Part shown: positions 1 through 11,632 of the stretch, in pieces
Layout: every line of letters begins with the position of its first letter
Numbering within the stretch: the stretch's first letter is position 1
NCBI RefSeq assembly: GCF_018977255.1
Contig: NW_024704742.1
Span: forward strand, 120,592,001 to 120,656,000
DNA from: Callorhinchus milii
Lineage: Eukaryota
Direction of reading: 5' to 3'
Length of the DNA stretch: 64,000 nt
Position numbers and translations under genes: made by a program
The notes under the pieces: generated by a model
Seen by the model: the letters and a program-made list of their open reading frames with translations, nothing else
Databases searched by the model: none
Told to the model about the DNA's origin: nothing

Positions 1-177
1 CCCGGAGGAACAAAGGCAACGAGTACTGTGCTGAGGAGAGAGGAGGTCAGAGAGGTAGGGGGGTGCAGAGGAGTGCAGGGACTTGAAATACGAGGGTGAG
101 GACCTTGAAATCAATCCTCTCTGGGATAGGCAGCCAGTGCAGTCTGGCAAGGACTGGGGTGATCGGGGAGCGGAGTT
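1..177 (-). mobile_element. L2 LINE ORF2 C-terminal fragment
   Basis: Reverse strand reads PITPVLARLHWLPIPERIDFKVL. Confidence 0.85.
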
Positions 178-179
178 TC

Positions 180-2505
180 ACTCTTGAAGGTGTGGATGGA
201 TCCATCATCCACAGCATTTTGGGGGAGAGAATTCCAGATTTCTACCACCCTTTGAGTTAAAAAATGCTTCCTGATTTCACTCTTAAATGGCCTGGTTTAG
301 GTCTATGGCCCCTTGTTTTGGAATCCCCCACCAGAGGGATAGATTCTCTTTATCTATCCTGTCAAATTCCTTTATTATCTTAAATACCTCAATCAAATCA
401 CAACTCAACCTTCTAAACTCAAGAGAATACAATCCCAGTTTACGCAGCCTTTCCTCGTAACTTAACCCCGTTTTGGCCTGGTAACATTCTGGTGAACCTG
501 CGCTTCACCCCCTCCAGGGCCAATATATCTTTCCTGAGATGCCCAAAACTGAATGCAATCTCCAGATGGGGGGTCTGACTAACTCTCTATACAGCTAAGG
601 TATCATTTCTTCCCCTTTGTATTCCAGGCCCCTTGAGATAAAGGCAAACATTCCATCTGCCTTTTTGATTACTTTTTGCACCTGAGAACTAGTTTTTAGT
701 GATTTGTGAATATGGACACCCAAATCTCTTTGCTCCTATACAGTTTTTAATTTCTCCCCATTAAGAAAATATTCTGCTTCATCTTATTTTGGTCCACAGT
801 GGACGACCTCACACTTCTCTACATTGAACTCCATCTGCCACAGCTTTGCCCATTAATTTAATCTGTTTAAGTCCCTTTGTAACTTCCTACAACAACAACA
901 ACATATTTGTATAGCGCCTTTCACGTTGGGAGGATGTCCCAAGACGCTGGACAGTGTACAGCATTTCAGACTCCTATTTCCTATTCCCACCCATACAACT
1001 TACTGAGCCTCCTAGCTTAGTGTCATCTGCAAACTTGGATATAAAACTTTCCATTCCTTCCTTTCTATTCCAGAGTTTTACCTCATTTGCTGTTCCTTAA
1101 TTCTACCCTTTGAGTTTCCACTACCTGTTCGCCCTTACTGAAATTTTTGCTTTCCACTGCTGTAATAGTGTCTTTTATCAATATTGCTATTCCTCCTCCT
1201 TTCCCAATGTCCTTGTCTTTTCTAAAGATCTTATAGCCTGGAATATTTTGCTCCCAGTCCTGCCCAGCTTGTAACCAGATCTCTGTAATCGCTACTCCAT
1301 CATACCCTTTAAGCTGAATTTGTGCTTCTCGCTCACTTGGTTTATTTCTTATGCATTTGTATACATAACTCTTAATTAGATAACTGTCCCCAACATGCCT
1401 ATACTCCCTGACGATGTTCTTCTCACACTTTTTGATTTGTTAGACCTTTTGTGATAACTTCCTATTAGCTTTTTCTTTCCTTTAGTATTTATGTTATCTT
1501 TATCACTATTTGTATTCTGACCGTTGCTCATATCCTCTTTTTGCCTTATGTTTTGGTTTCCAACCACCAACACCCCCCCCACCCACCCACTGGTTTAAAG
1601 GTTTTTATTCAGTCCTATTTATCCTTTTCGCTAGTATCTTGATCCCAGCCCTGTTCAGGTGCAGCCCATCCCAGCAGTTCAGCTCATTCCTGTCCCGGTA
1701 CTGGTGCCAGGTCCCATACAATGGAACCCCTCCTTCTCACACCAATCTTTCAGCCACACATTCATTTCCCTGATCTGTTTATCTCTATGGCAATTTGCAC
1801 ATGGCTCGGGTAGCAATCCAGAGATTACCACCTTCGAGGTCCTGTTTTTTATTTAACCCCTTGCTCTTGATACCCCCTTGGCAGGATCTCCTTTTTGCTT
1901 TTTCCTATGTTATTGGTTCCAGCATGGACAACAACTGGTTCTTTCCCCTCACTTTCCAAGTTCCTTTCCAGCTGCTTTGAAATATCCCTTCCCTGGCACC
2001 GGGAAGAAAACACGTCCTCTGGGACTCTCAATCTCGACTGCAAAGGATACCCTCGATCTCCTTAATTATTTCATGCCCAAAAACTACAACGTTTCTATTC
2101 TGCTCCTCCCCCACTTACACTGCCCTCTGCTCTAAGGTGTTTTGATTTGTATTCAGGCCTCCTTCCTCACAGACTTCTCCCTCATCCAATATAGCAAGTA
2201 CCAGTGCCTCCTTCTCTGCCTCTACTAAGTAAATGCTACCCTCCTGGCTATCAATCTCACATTCCTGTTCCTGTACCTTGCTATGTGGCGTGGCTATGTT
2301 CTGTAGTAAACTGTCCAAATATTCCTCCCCCTCCCTTAGGCGTCGAAGAGGGTCTCTAATGCGCACTCCAGGTCAAAAACCCTGAGCCAGAGTGACTCAA
2401 GACACAAGCACTTCTCACAGATGTGACCAGCAGGGACAGTCTTACTTTCCACAAATATCCACATTCTGCAGCTTTGACACAATACCTGTGTTACACCATC
2501 TTCAG
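180..2505 (-). mobile_element. CR1 LINE relic with ORF1 and internally deleted ORF2
   Basis: ORF1: CQSC...CEKC zinc finger, leucine zipper and SGNH-esterase motif VVVHAGTNNI. ORF2: endonuclease start (AITEIWL, PGYKIFRKD, GGGIAILIK), then directly SFISKFADDTKLGG and the 3' end. Contains frameshifts and stops. Confidence 0.88.
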
Positions 2506-5500
2506 AACACAATTGTGCTGTAGCCTAAAACATATTTACATTTTATTCCATAAGGTATACTGAAAATGGAAATTATTCTGGTAAAGCACAGCAAAGAAAA
2601 TAACTTTGCATGTCCTTTTATTTAATAAGGGAGATTGAATACCCCAAGGGAAAGCTTTCTTACATCAGGTACTCCTTTTAATCACAAATTTACCTTTCCA
2701 CACTTTCCTCTTTCAGAATAAAATATGCAGAGTTTCTTTGTTTATTTGTTTGAGGTTGGTTGGCTTCATGTTAATGTGCCTGACAATGAAATATTGGAAT
2801 TAATCCTCTGTCTCAGAAGTCTGACATCTGAGCCAGCCAGATCTTCAGTTCACTGTTGACTGACCTCCTACTTAGTTCATCAGCAGGACTACGGGGAGCA
2901 GACAATTTAGTGATGGCAGGATTCTTCTCACCAATTAACCCTGCAAGCTAAAGCCCCAAAAGTAGGTGATCCTATCTGGAAAAGCAGTGGGAAGCTCACC
3001 AGACAGTGGGAAACTATGTAGTTTTAGCTGGTTAAACTCCAGCAGTACCCTAAATGAACATTCTAGTGTCCCCAAGCTTTGGCTCTCACCATTGTGCCCC
3101 TCATGCTCTCTGGAATTAGGTAAATAGAAATGACATTTGCAATGAAACACTACACATTTAGCTGGTTAAACTCTAGCAGTACCTCAATGCACACTTTGGG
3201 GTCTGCAAACCTTTGTTGCCATCCTATGCCACAACACTCCAGGCTTAGGGAAGCAGGGGATGTCCTTTTGGAAAGAGTGCATATTCTACACCAGATAAAT
3301 AAAACTTTACATAAGAGAAACTCTAAATAGTTTGAGTTGTAGACTCTTAAGCATGGTGATGGCTTTTTGCACGAGTCAGATACCGGAATAATCAAAAAAC
3401 AAGTTGGCATTTTTCCCATAAAGTATGTATAAAAGTGCTACGAAGCTGCATACACTTGCTTTGAATTTTAGAAAACTTTAAAGCACAGAAAAGTAACTTG
3501 TAAATAAACTGCAGAGGGGTGGGGGTTTTGATAGAAAAATTTGAGTTCATTAAGGGTTTAGAAAATTTGAAGTCAGGTAATTTTTTCTGACATGTACAAA
3601 GTTCAAGAACATCAAATCATATCTTCAAAAGAGTATAGGAAATGCAGGAGACATGGGTGATAGACTTGTGGAACAATAACAACAACAAATTACATTTGTA
3701 TAGCGCCTTTCATGTTGGAAGGACGTACCATGGTGCTGGGCAAAATAGCAGCACAGATGGTGGAACAAGAAATTATAAAGAGGAACTTTGGCCCATTTAA
3801 AATCATTCTTCTGGAATATCAATCCTACCTTATTCCAGCATTCTGATCTCTGCTGCCAGTCCTGAGGTCTGAAATTCCATCTACTCTCAACCATATGATT
3901 ATTTTATCTTAAAATATAAGATCGTCACAAACTTATGAAAAAAATCAGCCTTCATTTGGAAGTTGCGTTTTTCCAGTTCTTAAAGATCCAACTTTCAAAT
4001 TAGCGCTGAATTTAAGAATTAGACACAATTCTGAGCAATCTTAAATCTTAAGACAAAATAGTCTTAAAGCAGACAAGTTACTGTGATCTAAAAACATTCA
4101 CATTTATTCAATCTAAAGATAATTAGACATATTGAACAAACAGTGTAACAAATTCAATGGGTAGGCGAAATGGGCCAAAATCTTACTAACGCCTAAAATG
4201 TTTACTGTTACTGTGAATATCAGTAATGCTAACTAATGGAATTCATGGAAGAAATTTGTTTTAAAATTGAACTTGTAATTATTTGGATTGGGGTAACTTG
4301 TTCATGTTTTAGAAACTGGGGTAGTGTGTTGTTGCTTTAGAAATACTGATAGCATATTTTCTATCTGTACCCTGTTGCTTAATTTAATACCTCCCTATAG
4401 ATGGAGCTCTTACACCAGCAGTAAAATCTTTTAAAGAAAAACAACATGAAGAAGGTTTACTGGTTGTTTAGTAGCACCTTAAGCGACACCCCTTACCATA
4501 GTAGCTTTATCCTGGAAATGTAACCTCTCAATTGTACCTGTAGAGGTGGTGTAATACAGTTTTGCCGTCCTACATATATTAGATAAATGAAATATCATGT
4601 ATTCTGCCTTAATTCAACATTTCATTTTAGATGTTTTATTACATAAAATACTGGGATTTAGAAGGCATAAAATAGAGCTAAAAATATCATTTATTTTCTG
4701 CACAAGCGAAAGACCTTCATAATTACAAGGCCTTCCTAACTCCTGTTATTACGGGTTTCTATTTGAGACTTTCTATTTTTATGTCTTATGGAGACATAAT
4801 TGTGGAAATAACTAATTATACTTCCACATCACAATGATCGCAAACTCAAAGAACAGCTTAAATTGATTTTTTGAGGCTACAGAATCTACCACACAATCAT
4901 TAAAAAAATCCATTTTATTTGAACAGATTTTACAACTATTAAAAATATTGTTCATGTTCAGGAGTGTGATACAGTGTATTGTGATTGGCAAGCAACAGAT
5001 CTCAGGAACCGCACTTAACACCTTTCCTTTTTAAAACGCATGACACTGCCATGTAGTCTGAAAAAAAATCCATGGCTCAAATTCTATTGCAGCCATAAGA
5101 GTCACCAAAGCCTTGTTAAGATCAAGTCTGGATAAGTAAAACCACTTACCAGTCTCAAGTTCACAATAAATAAGAGTGGTATATGGTTACATTCAATTAT
5201 CATTGCTCTGCTAAATGTTGAATTATCTCCTGAATATTTTAGCTCTCAAATAAAAGATTTTTTTAAAATTCTGTGTTCTTTCACAATTCAAATGTTATTT
5301 TCGTAACCTCATATATGCAAGAAATTAATCATTTGTTAAAGGTATATTTTTACAGGTGTATATTTTCTGAAATATTAATTATAACAGATTTTTTTTTTAA
5401 AAAATGTAACTTTAAATAAAAAGGGCCTTGAATTTCCTAGTGGATTGACTACACTGTCCTTTCACTTCTGGGATCTGAATGTAACTGAGAGTGTGCATTC

Positions 5501-6959
5501 CATTCCAATAATCTATCGCTGGGATTTCCATGTGCAGGTGGGATGCGTGGAATTCTCTGTTTGGTTTGAATACTCTTAAGCATAGTGATGGGTTTCCGCA
5601 TGTGTAAGGACACCCGGCTGACCAAAAATAAATGAATATAAATTCAACGGAAGCTTTTTGGAAAGTCTTCTCTTCCTGCTGGCAGTGAAGGTTCTTTGAA
5701 GAATTAATTCTGGTTGTGTCAACTCTCAGTGGGGGCAGAATTACACCACAAAACTCTTCATAATTAAGTACAAATTGGCATTGAGATGTCTCAAGCGCTT
5801 CAGAGGAAATACTGTAAAGTGTAGTGACTGTGCATTTTATGGGTGATATATATTGTGAATATATAAATTTATATATATATATATTGTATTTCTTTGCATT
5901 AGGTCACAAATCAGGAAAGTTAAAATACACATTTTTTAAAAAGTTATAGTTTACCAAATCAAGAAAGAATGGAAAATATTTAAACAATTTATGAAAGACC
6001 AATGGAATTCTGCATTTTCTAATTCTTGACTTAGTCAGATGTGTCACCCATCTAGTGAAGCCGATCTGAAAGCTTGTTTGCATGAATACCTACACTGGTC
6101 CAATAAAAAGTATCACAGCACTTAATGTAAAACCTTCACACAGGTTTTTAATGCCCTGTAAAGTGGTGCAACATATAGAGCAGTAAAACTTTTTTATATA
6201 TAAAAGAACAGCTTTAAAATGAATATGCTTTTCTGGTCTTCACTTCTGATTCTCGGATACCTTTTAGAGTGGTAACATAAACACTTCAACTCCCTCAACA
6301 CACAAACATTATTGCGAAGAGAATTCAGTACAGTAACAAATCAGGATACTGAGATTTGTTCAGAAATAATGCATGAAATGTCTACAATTTTAACCACAAA
6401 CATTTTGAAAGACAGCACCTATTATTTGAAACAGTTCAGCACTCTCACTATCCAGATGTGATATCTGTTACTCCCAGATTGTTTTGATTACTTTTTATGC
6501 CTGTCATATTGTTGAGTTATACGCTGGGCCATTTCTGTGAGCAATGGAAGCGTGCATTTGTGTTATGCCGCCTACTTTCATTGTTCTTGGATCAGGGAAA
6601 GGAAACAGTGGATCATTATACACGCATCTGTTAGGTTCTGCTCACCAGCTTTTGACTGACAGTGACATTTGTAATGTTAGCAAAGAGGCAATGAAATAGT
6701 TAGGTCTTTTTTTCCCACTTTGAACTTAAAAGTCGTTGAGCAGACTGCCTGAGTTCTTTTAAAATGCTTTGGTTAAGTAAGTTCCAGTGTAAATACAGTT
6801 ATCCTGATGATAATGAGCAGCACTAGTGATGTGATTCTCCAAGTTGTCTAGCTTCAAATGCCAAGGGATGACTTTTCAGAAGCAGGAAGCCCATTATATT
6901 TTATGTTTGGCAATAAGGTAATTTGCACCAAATCAACTGTAACATGAAATATAATGTAC

Positions 6960-7320
6960 ATAAAATAATCTTTCGATTTGATATAGCACTTTTCATGTCT
7001 TCTAGATGTCTCAAAGTGCTTCACAGAATATACTGTAAAGTGAATTGACTGTATATTTGTGGGGCGAAACGTGGCAGCTAATTGCGCACAGCAATGTCCC
7101 ACAAACAGTGTTGGACTGCGTGACCACATTTTTTTTGAGGGATTATTATGCCCAGAAAAGTGATCCACCAATTGACTAACAACCGGGTTCCTACTTACTG
7201 CTCGGTAAACTGAGGCTTGTGGAGTAAGGAAACTTGCCCAACATTTCACGCTGCTGGGAATAGAATCCAGGTCTCTCGCTTGCAAGTCGAGTGCTCTAAC
7301 TACTGAACTACAGGACTCCA
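6960..7320 (-). mobile_element. Full-length tRNA-derived SINE with L2 tail (long form)
   Basis: A box (TAGTTCAGTAGTTAGAGC), B-box-like motif, central domain and L2-type tail with TTA repeats. Other copies: 35675-36042(-), 36322-36625(+), 21625-21870(-), 22100-22430(+), 19120-19360(+). Confidence 0.9.
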
Positions 7321-8638
7321 CAAACATGTTCTCCTCCAACATGTAGTGAACTGATAAATGGGAAAATGAAAAAGACTCAACTTCCTCATTGATAGAAATG
7401 GATTTTCTATTGTTTTGGGTTCAACAAAGAATAGCTATTAAGGTATTCACACTTGGTATTTCCTACAACTTTATAAGTAATTCTTCAAAAGTTATTTTTT
7501 CAGCACTTGTTGTACACTTATGAAAATTAATTGTTATCTTAAACTAATGAAATTTAAATAGCACTGTAAATCTAGGGTTAATAAAATACGCTCCCACTGA
7601 GCTCAATTGTCCTCTACATTTAGGGAAATTTACTGTTCGAAACAGAAACAAAATAAATTTCGGTTGTTTCTTAGAGTAATAATATTCCATTTAATTTGAT
7701 TCTGAAAATCTTCATAGATGGGTACGTTAACATCAGTTTCAGAATAAAATGAGGGCACCGGTGTGTGTGCTGTAAATGCAAGAATGATGTTTAACAAAAC
7801 ACTGCAGCACAATAAAACCTGAAAGATAGAACATCCCACTTTAAGAAATGTTTATAAAATCTGAGGGTTGGTTCAAGCTGGAACCTCTGCTACAGTCCTG
7901 ATTTACTCACTCTAAATAGATTTCATTTTTACTAATGTAAAAGTAACCCCACCTTGCTGTCATTGAAATCTCCATTTATTCTCGTGCATTTATCTTATAA
8001 AAACTCGAGTCGATTGTGAACATTTTTCCCCTTCTGAGTAATAGTACATGGCGCAAAGGTGAATTGAGAGGTGGGGAAGTGAGAAAGACTCAACTTCATT
8101 GCTGAAATAAAATCAATTTTCTATCATTCGGGGTTTAACAAAGAATAACTAATTAAGGTATTCGTGCTTAGTATTTCGTAGAAATAAAGCATTGCAATGC
8201 ATTACGACTGGTTGTAACAAAACAATTATCATTAATGCAGAAACCCTTTGTGTAAACCTATACAAACCTGAACAAGCTGAGCAGAGCACAGAGCAAGTGA
8301 CCAGGGTAGGGATGTGGGTTTGTTGAAACGCCCCACTCTTCTACAGTATAATGCATCATTTCAGCCCTTAGAAACGATTCAAGTTCTCCATCTGCACAGG
8401 GATTACACGGATGCACTAAAAACGTTCATCTTTGCAGCACAAATACTAAAAATCCGATGGACAATGTTGTCCAGAGTTGGGGGTCGCAGCGAATGGAGAT
8501 TCCCAGAGTTGCTGTACAGTACAGTACAGTAAAACAAATTGCTCTTTCGGGTTCCCATGTCGCTCAATCAAACCCAAAGGCACTCACTCACTCACTCACT
8601 CACACACTCACACACTCACTCACACACTCACACACTCA

Positions 8639-8836
<198 letters not shown>

Positions 8837-9800
8837 TTACCAGTTGTTTTAAAGAAATCAAAGAGGGAACGGGTTTAGGGTTTTATTTTTTTTCTGGATA
8901 CGCTTTGCAATGCATAAGAGGAAAAATGAATTCAAAGCAAATGGTTTGGGGGAAACAGCTTGAGATCCAACTGTGATGTACACACACACACACACACACA
9001 CGTAAAGAATGATATACACCCAACACGATAATAACAAATCAAATCAACTTTACACCAGCAAACAAAATGAAGATCGCAGAATGCTTTATAATGTAACTTA
9101 TGCATATATATAGATATATATATATAGATATATAGATATACCTGTTCAGCTTCCATCTGAGTTTCACGTCAAATGCAACCAATGCAAACGGGTTGGGGAC
9201 GAGTCAAGCGGCAACAAATGTGCAAAATAGCAACATGTTCGCACGTCCCACTCTCCTGAACCCTCGGACTTCTGTTTACACTGCTAACCCCCTTTGCAAA
9301 ACCACGAAGATCGATCACAGTCAGGGAGAGAGAGAGGGTGTGTGAGACAGAGAGAGAGAGAGAGAGGGGAGTCTATGGTGTCCTCTCCTCCCCAGGAGCT
9401 CACTCCGCTCAGTGTTCCAGCGCTTCATTCAATGTGCAACCACCGAACTCGCAATCCACAACCCCAGATAAGTCCGTCCATAAATAGACACGTCAGATTA
9501 ACATTGCAATTCACTCATCATCGCTCAGGCCGCCGAACCCCATTGCAAGTCAAGGGGGGGGGGTGGGGGGGGGGGGGTGGGGGTGCAGTTTGCACGCGAT
9601 TAGAAATGGAAGAGGTTTGGTGATGGGTGTGTGTGCAGTGTGTGTGTGTGCAGTGTGTCTCTCTGTGTGAGTGTGTGTGAGTGTGTGTGTGCGCATCAAT
9701 CAATCTAAGAATTAATCAAAGCAATCGTTATCCCCCTCCCCACCACCCTACACCCCCCCCACTCCCCTCCTCTTCCACCCGCCCCTTTTTTGCAACATAC

Positions 9801-9977
9801 CATCTTGCACTCCCCGAGTGCTCTGAGGGGCTGAGCGATGCTCCCGGAGCTGTCGGTGGGTTCAGCCTCTGTGAGTTGCAGCTGCAGCAGCTGCTGCCGC
9901 TTCGTCGTCTCGCCGATCTGGAAGATGGAGCCAGACGATTTGGGGCGTTTTTTGCGCCCATTCGGTGCAGAACTCAT
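9801..9977 (-). CDS. RGS7BP: RGS7-binding protein, coding exon 1
   Basis: Translates MSSAPNGRKKRPKSSGSIFQI...QPLRALGECKM (59 aa), matching the vertebrate R7BP N-terminus. Ends in phase 0 at a GTATGT donor (9800-9795). Confidence 0.95.
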
Positions 9978-10373
9978 GCAAAACACATCCGCTTATCAGC
10001 TGCTCCTCGCTGCGGGGCCGGGTGAGCGGGTAGAGAGAGGGGGGAGAGGGAGGGGGAGAGAGGGAGAGAGGGAGGGGGAGAGAGAGAGGGAGAGAGGGAG
10101 TGGGGGGGGGAGAGGGCTGCAGGATTGTGTGTGGTGATGGGGAGGGGGAAAGGGAAGCAAAAATCTCGCCTTCCAAATAAAGAAGTTAATAATCCTTTGT
10201 GTTGTTGCCTGTGGTGGTGATGATGATGATGGTGGTGGTGGTGGTGGTGGTGGTGATGGTGGTGGTGACTCTACATGACCTTCAGTCTGTAGAGCGGACA
10301 CTGGCTTTTGCCCCTCAGCTTCAAAACAGTCCCCACTGCCCAAAGCACAGCTGAAGACCCCCGCACCCCACCC

Positions 10374-11104
10374 CCCTGCCCTGCCCCCCCTGCCCTGCCC
10401 CCCCACACTGCCCTGCTGCCCTGCCCCCCCACACTGCCCTGCCCCCCACACTGCCCTGCCCCCACACTGCCCTGCCCCCCCCCACACTGCCCTGCCCCCC
10501 ACACTGCCCTGCCCCCCACACTGCCCTGCTGCCCTGCCCCCCACACTGCCCTGCCCCCCCCACACTGCCCTGCCCCCCCCACACTGCCCTGCCCCCCCCA
10601 CACTGCCCTGCCCCCCCACACTGCCCTGCCCCCCTCCACACTGCCCTGCCCCCTCCACACTGCCCTGCCCCCCCACACTGCCCTGCCCCCCTCCACACTG
10701 CCCTGCCCCCCTCCACACTGCCCTGCCCCCCCACACTGCCCTGCCCCCCCACACTGCCCTGCCCCCCTCCACACTGCCCTGCCCCCCCACACTGCCCTGC
10801 CCTGCCCCCCCACACTGCCCTGCCCCCCCCTGCCTTGCCCCCCCACACTGCCCTGCTGCCCTGCCCCCACACTGCCCTGCCCCCCCACACTGCCCTGCCC
10901 TCCCTGCCCTGCCCCCACACTGCCCTGCTGCCCTGCCCCCCACACTGCCCTGCCCCCCCACACTGCCCTGCCCCCCCACACTGCCCTGCCTGCCCTGCCC
11001 CCACACTGCCCTGCCCCCCCCCCGCTGCCCTGCCCCCCGCTGCCCTGCCCCCCGCTGCCCCCCCCCCCCCCCCCGCTGCCCCCCCCCCCCTGCTGCCCTG
11101 CCCC
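10374..11104. repeat. G/C-skewed minisatellite, unit of about 18-20 bp CCACACTGCCCTGC(C)n
   Basis: Dozens of tandem units with variable C-run length and a CTGCTG variant; explains the long stop-free ORFs at 9996-11346. Confidence 0.97.
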
Positions 11105-11410
11105 GTGCTCCTGAAGACACCGATGCCACCGGCGAGAAACCGACATCTCGGGGACTCGGGAGCTTCCATTAAGAACGTGACACAGCTCCAGAAATCCCAC
11201 ACCGGGAGCCATCCCTCTCTCTCTCTCGCCGGAGCCACTCTTTTTATTGCCACTTTTATTTTTATTTTATCATATATATATATATTTTTGCACAACTTTC
11301 TTTCAACCACAACACAAAGAGAGAGAGAGAGGAGAGAGAGAGACACAAATCACCTGCCGGGCTGGGTGGTCGGGCAAAGTGTTGCCTTTGCCCCGCTGGT
11401 GCCTTTGCCC

Positions 11411-11632
11411 CTTCTCTTTGACCGTGCCTTCAGCTCCCCTCCCGACTCTCTACCCCCTCCTCGCTCCCTCCCTTCCCTCCCCTCACCCTGACCATTTCCC
11501 CCCTCCTCGCTCCCTTCCCTCCCCTCACCCTGACCATTTCCCTCCCAAAGCTGACCCAACTGTACAGCGCCTTGGGACGTCCTCCCGACGTGAAAGGCGC
11601 TCTATAAATGGAATCTTGTTGTTGTTGTTGTT
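11411..11632 (+). mobile_element. Young L2 3' end with (TTG)n tail
   Basis: Terminal stem-loop GCGCCTTGGGACGTCCTCCCGACGTGAAAGGCGC plus (TTG)n; flanked by a 13-bp direct repeat. Confidence 0.88.

Noticed and set aside
2480..2510. EDG-like reading considered as RGS7BP exon 3 (PEDGEIHPE)
   Set aside because: It continues into the CR1 ORF1 zinc finger, not R7BP sequence.
10374..11104. Regular repeat array considered as CRISPR-like
   Set aside because: There are no unique spacers, only variable C-runs, and the context is eukaryotic.
9996..11491. Long Gly/Ala/Pro/Cys-rich ORFs (218-377 aa) in several frames
   Set aside because: They arise from a stop-free minisatellite that is open in nearly all frames; there is no gene structure.
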